Source: a virus (taxonomy: Duplodnaviria; Heunggongvirae; Uroviricota; Caudoviricetes). From it: 8,410 nt of DNA. A program made the translations under genes and the position numbers. Position 1 is the first letter of the stretch. Every line of letters starts with the position of its first letter. The DNA lies in the IMG/VR virus record IMGVR_UViG_2734482533_000009; one strand, written 5' to 3'. Positions 1-8,200 of this stretch are shown here, piece by piece. A model generated the notes under the pieces. That model did not search any database, had not been told where the DNA came from, and saw only the letters and a program-made list of their open reading frames with translations.

Positions 1-28
1 AGGGACAGCTGATAGAAACAGAAGCCAC
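1..28 (-). CDS. insA: IS1 InsA, first 9 codons only (GTG start at 26..28); remainder outside window
   Basis: Minus-strand reading from 28 gives GTG GCT TCT GTT TCT ATC AGC TGT CCC = (M)ASVSISCP, the known InsA N-terminus. Confidence 0.6.
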
Positions 29-83
29 TGGAGCACCTCAAAAACACCATCATACACTAAATCAGTAAGTTGGCAGCATCACC
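1..83 (-). mobile_element. IS1 insertion sequence, terminal 83 bp (insA-proximal end); the element continues left out of the window
   Basis: Reverse complement of 1..83 reads GGTGATGCTGCCAACTTACTGATTTAGTGTATGATGGTGTTTTTGAGGTGCTCCAGTGGCTTCTGTTTCTATCAGCTGTCCCT, which I recognise as the IS1 terminal inverted repeat and the start of insA. The match ends sharply at position 83, where the low-GC flank begins. Confidence 0.85.
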
Positions 84-402
84 AGCCTTCTTGAGGCTAC
101 CACCTGTTTTCAGGTGTCATTCAGACGTGATTTGCCCCAGATTGGGAAAGCACGCTTTTTTCTCAGCTATCGTCCTCTTATTTTGCCGTTACATTTCTTT
201 TTGCATTCTAATGATTAATTTACAATAATAATATCGGTAATTATTGAGTAATAATAAATTAATTATTGCAAATGTAATTTAATTCCATCTTCGCGTTATA
301 TTCCAATCTTTAATCTCCGCATGGAACAAGTTGCATGCGTGACTATATTAAGACGACTTATAACCACCAAAACATTTGCTTTGCAAGCAAAAACAGTGAC
401 CA

Positions 403-431
403 TTGACTCTAAGAAAATTCCGATCTATTGT
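403..431 (+). promoter_or_regulatory. Candidate sigma70 promoter: TTGACT (403..408), 17 bp spacer, TATTGT (426..431)
   Basis: Hexamers and spacing read directly from the sequence, with an A-rich stretch upstream. Predicted start is about 27 nt upstream of the ATG at 466. Sequence pattern only. Confidence 0.2.
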
Positions 432-465
432 TAGGGTCATCAAAGTTACTTAACAGTATTCCGAA

Positions 466-567
466 ATGAAAATACAAAGCAAGCTAATTGTCTTATTAAA
501 CATTATTATTGCATTTATATTATTTGAGCTTTTAGCTCAAAAATTTGGTTTGAGTACATTATTTTAA
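466..567 (+). CDS. Hypothetical 33-aa hydrophobic peptide (MKIQSKLIVLLNIIIAFILFELLAQKFGLSTLF), possible small membrane protein
   Basis: ATG at 466..468, TAA at 565..567. Basic N-terminus followed by a hydrophobic stretch long enough for one membrane helix. No convincing Shine-Dalgarno upstream and it is below the ORF-track size threshold, so coding status is uncertain. Confidence 0.2.
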   Translation: MKIQSKLIVLLNIIIAFILFELLAQKFGLSTLF

Positions 568-715
568 AGCAAGATAAACAATATCGGGCACTCTAGTTTT
601 TATAATTAACAATTAAACGTCCATAAAATGTTATTTACTTTTCTTCGCTATTGTCATATCTTAATATAGTGGCTTACGCCACTCTACTTTCATCACATTT
701 TGTACGTTTATGTAC

Positions 716-746
716 TCGCCATGAAGCTCTTTCATGGCGATTTTTT
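716..746 (+). terminator. Intrinsic terminator on the plus strand: 10-bp perfect stem (716..725 / 731..740), 5-nt loop, T6 tract (741..746)
   Basis: TCGCCATGAA-gctct-TTCATGGCGA followed by TTTTTTATT. It is oriented to stop plus-strand transcripts coming from the low-GC segment, convergent with tfa. Confidence 0.5.
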
Positions 747-832
747 ATTCTTAATCCAAGAACATACTCCCTACCTATAGCAAAATCACTTTTTTAACAA
801 AAGAATAACGTATTTAGGTAATCATTACGAAT

Positions 833-1366
833 TTACCCTATAGGTGCTACTGGCCATTCAATATCCGGTGCAGTTGATGTATCAACACGGTTCAGCAACA
901 CCCGATACTTTTTCCAAGCTTCCAGCAACAAGGTTTCTTTCTCCGTTGCGATCTCCAGATCCACAGCATCCTGAAGCGGCGCTATATGCTCACTGGCTAC
1001 CTGCATCAGGCTGTTTTTTGTTTCTTCCGCCTCCCGGATCCGGAACAGTTTTTCTGCTTCCGTATCCTTCACCCAGGCTGTGCCGTTCCACTTCTGAAAC
1101 TCCCCTTCCGGGGATAACCAGGTGACATTTTCCGGTAATGAGCCGAGTTCAGAAATAAATAACGCGTCGCCGGAAGCCACGTCATAAACCGTTTTACCCC
1201 GATGATCTTCAACGAGATGCCACGATGACTCATCACTGTTGAAAACAGCCACGAAACCAGCCGGAATATCTGGCGGTGCAATATCGGTACTGTTTGCAGG
1301 CAGACCTGTATGAGGCGGAATATATGCGTCACCTTCACCAATAAATTCATTAGTTCCGGCCAGCAG
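833..1366 (-). CDS. tfa: Tail fibre assembly protein Tfa (chaperone for the side tail fibre); first ~16 codons hidden in the N-run
   Basis: Minus-strand translation from 1366 reads [75 protein letters not shown]...[12 protein letters not shown], near-identical to lambda-family Tfa as I recall it. Stop TAA at 833..835. The ORF-track entry 833..1252 is only the part after an internal GTG. Confidence 0.9.
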   Translation of the reverse strand: MLAGTNEFIGEGDAYIPPHTGLPANSTDIAPPDIPAGFVAVFNSDESSWHLVEDHRGKTVYDVASGDALFISELGSLPENVTWLSPEGEFQKWNGTAWVKDTEAEKLFRIREAEETKNSLMQVASEHIAPLQDAVDLEIATEKETLLLEAWKKYRVLLNRVDTSTAPDIEWPVAPIG

Positions 1367-1692
1367 NNNNNNNNNNNNNNNNNNNNNNNNNNNNNNNNNN
1401 NNNNNNNNNNNNNNNNNNNNNNNNNNNNNNNNNNNNNNNNNNNNNNNNNNNNNNNNNNNNNNNNNNNNNNNNNNNNNNNNNNNNNNNNNNNNNNNNNNNN
1501 NNNNNNNNNNNNNNNNNNNNNNNNNNNNNNNNNNNNNNNNNNNNNNNNNNNNNNNNNNNNNNNNNNNNNNNNNNNNNNNNNNNNNNNNNNNNNNNNNNNN
1601 NNNNNNNNNNNNNNNNNNNNNNNNNNNNNNNNNNNNNNNNNNNNNNNNNNNNNNNNNNNNNNNNNNNNNNNNNNNNNNNNNNNNNNNNNNNN
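1367..1692. other. Run of 326 N (masked or unresolved sequence) covering the stf 3' end, the stf-tfa junction and the tfa start
   Basis: Contiguous n characters in the sequence. Confidence 1.
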
Positions 1693-4551
1693 GCCACTGG
1701 TTAATGAGCCACTGATACCAACCTGATTAGTCCCGCTAACTTGAGTACTCCCTGCCGGAAACATTCCAGTAGGTTGACTCCCGCTATTCGTTCTGGGCCC
1801 AGTCTGACTATGTTGGTGGGCCCCAGCTGAACTTGTAGAGCCGCTCAGACTGTGCGTATGCGCCCCGGTGTTATTCGTGGATTTAGTGCCGTAATCAAAC
1901 GACGATGTGGTTTTCGTCCCCAAATCCGTACTGGATGCGCTGGCGCTGTGGGTGTGCGATTTAATGCCATCCTGTTCCTGAGACAATACGGCACGACCAC
2001 TGGCGGGCTTGCCCTTAATCGTCCAGCCACGCATATCAGGGATCACGCCTGACGGATAAGCGGCTGCAAGTTTCGGGTAAGCAGATTTGTCAAAAGTCTG
2101 CCCCTGCATCAGGGCATAACCAGACGGAACGGTATCTGATGGCCACGGGATTGGTGCACCGACTGGATAAAACTCTGCAGGAGGATGAGCCGAGGTGTAA
2201 AGCTGCGCCCACGGCGACCAGTTTGCGTCGGTCGTATCCCGTCGTGAACGAATAAATGCCGGAGCATGAGCACCGCTTGTACCACTCCAGCCGATGAGTA
2301 ACTCACCTTCGCCAACGGCTGTCATCCCTTTCAGGTGAATGATATTTCCATACGCTGTTGGATATCCGTTGTTATACACCTCGTATAACTCAAGACCTGC
2401 TGCCCCCTGCGTATTGTCTGTCAGCGCGGCTACCCGACCTTTTGAAGCCAGATTAACTGATGATACTGCTGTTCCACCTGACGGTAGCGCCCCGATCTCT
2501 GATGCCGTTGGCTTATTTCTGGAGTTATAGTCCCTTCGCCAGCCAGGTGAATAATCTGTTCCGTGATTAATATAGGTAAACTGGGCGTTGGTTGTTCCGC
2601 CACCGCTGGATGTGGTCGGAGTGGTAATGCGGATCGTCATCGCTGACTTTATCCCCATTACTTCAATGACAGCTCCGGCGAGATGAATATTACCGCAGCC
2701 AGTATCAGTAATGATTTTATTATTGCCATAAGACCAGGAACCCTTGCACATCCAGTATGGATGGTTAAATGCTCCCTGAGAATCCAGCCACTCGATAAAC
2801 TGTGCAGTCGTCCAGTTTCCTGTTGTTGTGCTTACTGACCCACCGAAGGCACGGCAGGCACCAATATTTTTCGTAAAGGTGTCTTTGCCAGGGATATCCG
2901 CACCGTTCTGATCTTTCTGCAGACGTTTCTCAGCATTGTCATTGGCTGCTTTTACTGCCTTTGGCGTTGCCGCCAGCGTTTCAGACGTGCTGTTGGTCGC
3001 GCTGCTTAGCTGGATTATCCCTTTCTGTGCTGTCGTTGCATCCTGTGCGGTGTATTTCCCGTTAGCCAGGTCATACGCGGCCTTAACGGCTTTTGGTGTT
3101 GCCGCCAGTGACTCGGAAGTGCTGTTAGTCGCACTACTGAGCTGTACTATCCCCTTTTTCGTCGTGCTCGCATCCTCAAGCGCCACGGCGGATGCAATAT
3201 CCTCTGCCCGTTTTGCCGCTGTCTCAGCGCGCGTTGCTGCAGATTCCGCCGTACTTTTGCTCTGAGCTGCTGCCGTCGCACTACCAGCAGCCTCTGTCGC
3301 CTTCGTGGATGCCGTCGTGGCGCTGCCCTTCGCTGCTGACGCCTGTCTGGTCGCCTCATCTTTTGAAGCAGACGCCGATGATGCCGATGACGCCGCCGAA
3401 CTGGCGGACGATGCGGCAGCCGTTTTTGAGGATTCTGCACGGGTTTCCGACGCTTTCGCGTTCGTTTCGGATGTCTTCGCTGCGGAAGCTGACCTCGCTG
3501 CTGCCGTGGCCTGCTCAGTGGCTTCGCCAGCCTTCGTTGTGGCTGTTGAAGCGGATGATGCGGCGCTTTCTGCCGATTTTCCGGCGGCGGTGGCACTGGC
3601 TGAGGCCTGCCCGGCACTTGTTGACGCGGCGCTGGCAGACGACGCAGCCGCTGTTTTTGAGCCTGCCGCAGCTGAGGCACTCTGTCCCGCTGCCGTTTCA
3701 GAAGACCTGGCGTTCGTCTCGGACGTTTTGGCCGCCTTCGCAGAATTTGCAGCCGCCGTCGCCGAGGAAGCTGCGCTACTGGCGCTTGATGATGCGTTCG
3801 TTTCTGATGATTTTGCCGCCTCTTTTGAAGCCGACGCATCCCGGGCTGAGGTGGCAGCTTCTGACGCTTTCGTGGTCGCGGTGGATGCAGAAGTGGCTGC
3901 TGATTGTTGTGACGCTGCCGCATTCGTTTCTAACGTTTTCGCCGCACCGGCACTGGTAGCCGCCGCGCTTTTTGAGGACTCTGCAGCGGCAGCACTTTTT
4001 GAGGCTTCAGTGGCCTTTGTTGATGCCGTTCCTGCGCTGGAAGACGCTGACTGAGCCGACGAAGCGGCCTGTCCGGCTGACGTGCTGGCTGCACGTGCTG
4101 AATCTGCAGCATCAGTCGCATGGGTTGCCGCCTCACGGGCTGATGTGCTGGCATCGCTGGCTGATTTCTTCGCGGCTGCCGTGTTCTGTGCCACCGCGGA
4201 CGCGTTACGCGCCACCTCTTCCACCATCAGCTCAAAACGGCGCAGTGCCTCCGGACGGGCATCATCCTCCGTCATGGCACCGAGAAAATCATTCAGCGTA
4301 CCGGGTCGGGAATCTTCATACACGGTGATGGTCCCGGCATGTGACGGCGGGAATCCTTCCACCAACAGAATAACGCTGTACTGACCGTACTCAACGTCCA
4401 TGCTGTAACGCCCGGCTTCATCCGGATTTTCTGAGGCCAGCGTGTTCACCACCACCGTGGTGCTGTTACGTTTTGCTTTCAGCTGGATTGTGCAGTTCTG
4501 TACCGGTTTTCCTGTGCCGTCTTTCAGTACACCTGAAATCTTTACTGCCAT
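1693..4551 (-). CDS. stf: Side tail fibre protein, lambda Stf-like; 3' end and stop codon lost in the N-run
   Basis: N-terminus [26 protein letters not shown]... matches the lambda Stf N-terminus. It is followed by a long Ala/Ser/Thr-rich shaft, two copies of the phage tail-fibre repeat (KGI[VI][22 protein letters not shown]), a central Cys-containing domain, and a C-terminal region ([30 protein letters not shown]...SHTHSASA...GAHTHSLSG...GAHQH) matching the Stf distal domain. ATG at 4549..4551 preferred over the in-frame GTG at 4555..4557 used by the ORF track. The ORF-track span 1069..4557 is an artefact of reading through the N-run into tfa out of frame. Confidence 0.9.
2938..3165 (-). repeat. 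Two copies of a ~96-nt tail-fibre repeat unit (2938..3036 and 3070..3165) within stf
   Basis: Protein repeats [32 protein letters not shown] and [33 protein letters not shown]. The DNA is visibly repeated (GGCTTTTGGTGTTGCCGCCAG... versus GCCTTTGGCGTTGCCGCCAG...). Confidence 0.7.
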
Positions 4552-4560
4552 ATTCACCCC

Positions 4561-4589
4561 ACAAAAAAGCCCGCCTGAACCGGCGGGCT
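4561..4589 (-). terminator. Intrinsic terminator downstream of lom: 8-bp GC stem (4568..4575 / 4582..4589), then a T6 tract on the minus strand
   Basis: Minus strand reads AGCCCGCC-ggttca-GGCGGGCT-TTTTTTGTGGGGTGAAT-ATG. The T-tract runs into the stf ribosome-binding region 10 nt before the stf start. Confidence 0.6.
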
Positions 4590-4615
4590 GTCATAACACT
4601 GTGTTACCTGGCTAA

Positions 4616-5132
4616 TCAGAATTTATAACCGACACCCACGATGAAACCGTCAGTGCGCCAGAGACGTGTTGCTGTGGCGACCGTCATCACTTCCGGTCAG
4701 CACGTCGTGCGTTTTCCCCTTGTTGTCAGTTACGCGGAGATAATCCCCGGAGAAAGTCGACACACGGCTGTAAGCCACACCCGCCATCGCATACGCGCTG
4801 AACCATTCATTCACGCGCACAGACGGCCCCGCCATCACGCTGAACCAGCGGTTACGCACGGAATCTTCATGCCAGCGGGTATCGCTGTAACGGGTCAGCT
4901 GGCGATTCTTGTCTCCTGCATAGCTGAATGACGTCACCAGCCCCAGCGTATCCGTAAACTCATAACGGTATTTCACGTTAATCCCGTTCAGATCATCACT
5001 GCCGGGAACGTTGGTCCGGGCATGAAGATACCCCGCGCTCAGCGTGGACTGATGTTCAGACGCCCATGCAGGCGCACCGGATACGGCCAGGCAAATGGCT
5101 GCGGACAAAATGGCTGCACAAACTTTACGCAT
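4616..5132 (-). pseudogene. lom: Lom/Ail/PagC-family outer-membrane protein gene with a frameshift near the 3' end (intact ORF 4650..5132; conserved C-terminus WRTDGFIVGVGYKF* encoded out of frame at 4616..4660)
   Basis: ATG at 5130..5132 preceded by GAGAGGT 5 nt upstream. Signal peptide MRKVCAAILSAAICLAVSGAPAWA, then the family motifs GINVKYRYE and SAYAMAGVA. The main frame ends ...GRHSNTSLAH* at 4650..4652, while the family's C-terminal beta-strand ending in Phe is in another frame and stops at 4616..4618. This could be a true pseudogene or a sequence error. Confidence 0.75.
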
Positions 5133-5151
5133 AATTACCTCTCGCTTTTCT

Positions 5152-5178
5152 GCAATAAAAAAGGCGTCATTCCTGACG
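5152..5178 (-). terminator. Intrinsic terminator hairpin between J and lom (stem 5161..5167 / 5172..5178, T-tract on the minus strand at 5152..5160)
   Basis: Minus strand reads GGCGTCA-ggaa-TGACGCC followed by TTTTTTATT. The plus strand also has T-rich sequence after the stem, so it may act in both directions. Confidence 0.55.
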
Positions 5179-5202
5179 CCATTTATTGGGGTTATAAATA
5201 TT

Positions 5203-8200
5203 TCAACGAATACTGATGCCGGAAGCCGCTTTTTTGGTCACAATCACCGTACAGTCGGTGATATTGCCTGCCCCCTGATTGCCTTTCTGGAAAATCTTAA
5301 ACTCCAGAGTGACGCTACCACCACCACTAGGCATATCAATAACTGCACTGTAACTACCGGGAATGGCACCTTTAGTTTCTCTGGATGCGATTAATACGCC
5401 GTTTTTGCGAACTTCAAAACCATAACCCGTGTATCGCGTGCCTCCTGGGTTATTTCCGCTCCCCGGATCGTCATACGCTATACCGTTAAAAATAATGGGC
5501 GGAATAATAATCTGGCGGTCAAAGTTATGATCATCGCTTATGGTGACTGTAACCGTCCCGTTTGGTGTTTCCGTGTTACCCCACGTACCAGCCTGTTTCG
5601 GAAATGATTTGGATACAGCTTTAACGAAGTCACCTCTGACCTGAGTCGCCTCCAGCATGCCCTTAATCGTACAGTTTTCATTTACCGTGACATTGTTGAG
5701 CGTCCCGGCGTTCGCATTCACACTGCCACTGATATCCGCATTTTTAGCGGTCAGCTTTCCGTCCGGAGTCAGGGAAAATGCCGATGGATTTCCACCGCTG
5801 GTAATGGTGGGGGCCGTCAGGCGTTTCAGGAACACGTCGTTCATGAATATCTGATCGCCCTGACCAACAAACATCGGTTTTGTGTTGCCATTCGCAGGAT
5901 TAACCATCGCAATCCTGTCCGCCGCCAGCAGCACCTGACTCTGCATGCCGTCAGGGGTGTTCTCAATACCGGCACCAATACCCGCGATATAAAGGCGTCC
6001 GTCCTGCATCTGCTGCAGCTTCACAGCCCACATGCTGTTCAGGTTATTATTTGTATCAACCTGAACCTTCTGTATCTGCTGAATTGCCGCACTCTGGTCT
6101 TCCAGTTTCTTATTGACGGTCTGCGTGATTTCATTGCTGACATCCGTAATGGACGTCCTGATTTCAGCCAGGTCAGGCGCAAGCTGACCGTTATCAATCT
6201 GCGTCCACAGCTCCTGAGCCAGATGGGTTTTCCCTATCTCGCCTTTGAAAAAATCCAGATAACCGGATGCATCATCACTCGGCTGACCAACAGCCTCCAC
6301 GAATGCCGATTTGCCAACGGTGTTCACACTGCGGATATAAAAGTAATAATCATGGCCCGGTTTGATATTGATACTGGCGGCTATCCAGTACAGCGCCGTG
6401 CCAAGATAGCGTGCTGTGGTTTCAACCTGCCTGATATCCGCAATCCGCTTTTCCGAGAACCAGAACTCAAACTGTACCGTCGGATCATAAACCGCAAGAT
6501 GCGGCGTGGCGGTTATCTGAAAATAGCCCGGCGTCAGCTCAATCCGCGACAGCGCTGCCGGTGCGGCAATCCGGAACGATACCGACGCCGGATCGCCCTG
6601 CTGCCCCCACGCATTTACTGCCCGGACTGTCAGCCTGTAGTTCCCCAGCGCCAGTTGTGTGAAGCGGTAAGTGGTTTCCGTCGTCCGGGCCGTGCTGACC
6701 AGCCGCTCACTGCCGTCATCCGCTGTTACGGTCAGACGGAGCAGGAAGCTCACGCCCTTCACCACCTTCGGCGTGTCCCAGCGCGCCAGCACCTGATATT
6801 CCCCGCTGTCTGCGGTGACTTCGGCAGTCAGGTGCTGCACCGCTGGCGGCGTGACACCATTCACCGTGCCGCTCTGGTCGCCGTCAAAGTGCGCCCCGTT
6901 ATCCACGATGGCTTCTTTTTCCGGCACATGCTGCACGGCGGTGATGGCATACGTGCCGTCGTCGTTCTCACGGATACTCACGCAGCGGAACAATCGCTGG
7001 TGCAGCGTCGGCAGCTTCAGCCCCCACACGCTGTATTCAGCAACACCGTCAGGAACACGGCTCACTTTTACCTTCACGCCGTCGGTGACGGACTGGACCT
7101 CCACGCTGACCGGATTCCCCTGCCCGTCAACCAGGCTTATCAGCGTGGTGCCGGAGGATGGCAGCGTGATTTCACGGTCGAGCGTCAGCGTCCGGGTCTG
7201 GCTGTTCACCGCCAGCACGCGCCCGCCGGTGCGGATACCGGCATAGTCATCATCGCAGATTTCAATGACATCGCCCGGTACATGACGAAGCCCTTCAGCA
7301 CCCACGCTGAAATCCACGGTCTGCGTCTCCAGCAGTTCCGTTTTAATCAGCCACAGCCCGGCGCGGTGTGCCTGCCNNNNNNNNNNNNNNNNNNNNNNNN
7401 NNNNNNNNNNNNNNNNNNNNNNNNNNNNNNNNNNNNNNNNNNNNNNNNNNNNNNNNNNNNNNNNNNNNNNNNNNNNNNNNNNNNNNNNNNNNNNNNNNNN
7501 NNNNNNNNNNNNNNNNNNNNNNNNNNNNNNNNNNNNNNNNNNNNNNNNNNNNNNNNNNNNNNNNNNNNNNNNNNNNNNNNNNNNNNNNNNNNNNNNNNNN
7601 NNNNNNNNNNNNNNNNNNNNNNNNNNACAGCGCATCGCCGAGCAGAAATCACTGAGCACATCCCACGCCTTGCGCTGTGTGGTCAGCCAGGCATTACAGG
7701 TGATGCGCGGCTCCGTGCTGCCAAAGCCGTCCGGCACCGACTGGTCACAGTACTGGCCGATGACATACAGCGCCCATTTATCCACATCTGCCGCACCAAG
7801 ACGTTTCCCCATGCCATAGCGCGGATGGGTCAGCATATCCCACAGACACCAGGCCATGTTGTTGCTGTATGCCGGTTTTAACGTTCCGTCCCAGATACCG
7901 CTGTATTGCCGCGTCTGCGGATTATAGTTCGACGGCACCTGCAGAATGCGCCCGCGAAGATGATAATTACGGCTCACCTGCTGGCTGCCGAACTGCTCCG
8001 AATCCACCTGTACGCCGACCAGTGCCGTGTTCGGGTAGCACTGTTTCACATCGATGATTTCGGTGTATGACGACCAGAGCGTTTTGTTCTGCAGCTGGTC
8101 TGTGGTGCTGTCCGGCGTCATTCTGCGCATCCGGATATTAAACGGGCGCGGCGGCAGGTTATCCACCACCACCGAGGCCAGATACTGCGAGGTGGTTTTG

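Noticed and set aside
1-83. Possible cloning-vector contamination (this sequence also occurs in pACYC184-type plasmids)
   Set aside because: The shared sequence is the IS1 end, which such plasmids carry. The match stops exactly at the IS1 terminus and is followed by phage-flanking DNA, so a chromosomal IS1 copy is the simpler explanation.
321-434. 37-codon plus-strand ORF (MEQVACVTILRRLITTKTFALQAKTVTIDSKKIPIYC)
   Set aside because: No ribosome-binding site, it overlaps the candidate promoter at 403..431, and the composition is unremarkable. Probably a chance ORF in AT-rich DNA.
668-683. Short perfect inverted repeat AGTGGC-ttac-GCCACT
   Set aside because: Only a 6-bp stem with no adjacent T-tract on either strand. 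It could be a protein-binding palindrome but there is nothing to support a specific call.
84-832. Looked for CRISPR arrays, tRNA genes, attachment-site cores or an invertase/invertible tail-fibre segment next to tfa
   Set aside because: No regularly spaced direct repeats, no tRNA-like GC-rich cloverleaf segments, no recombinase ORF, and no long inverted repeats flanking the stf C-terminus or tfa in the visible sequence.
844-1125. 93-aa plus-strand ORF inside tfa
   Set aside because: Antisense to the well-supported tfa gene; Pro/Ser-rich translation with no recognisable features.
1310-1726. ORFs made mostly of X (1310..1726 +, 1350..1697 -, and 7347..7661 -, 7368..7655 + in J)
   Set aside because: Artefacts of translating through N-runs.
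3147-4384. Several overlapping 75-258 aa ORFs on both strands (3147..3923 -, 3192..3959 +, 3305..4054 +, 3930..4154 -, 3972..4328 +, 4082..4384 +)
   Set aside because: All lie within the Ala/Ser-rich shaft region of stf. Their translations are low-complexity (Arg/Pro/Gln-rich or Ala/Asp/Phe-rich) mirror images of GCN/TCN codon bias, with no sign of independent genes.
1069-4557. ORF-track call of a single 1162-aa minus-strand protein spanning stf and tfa
   Set aside because: It reads through the 326-nt N-run and continues into tfa in the wrong frame ([12 protein letters not shown]...). The real stf ends inside the N-run and tfa is a separate gene in another frame.
4641-4931. 96-aa plus-strand ORF overlapping lom
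   Set aside because: Antisense to lom, Arg/His-rich, no ribosome-binding site. Its start region coincides with the out-of-frame lom C-terminus.
6223-7881. 552-aa plus-strand ORF
   Set aside because: Antisense to the strongly conserved J coding sequence and running through the N-run; no protein-like features. Long antisense ORFs are expected in GC-rich coding DNA.
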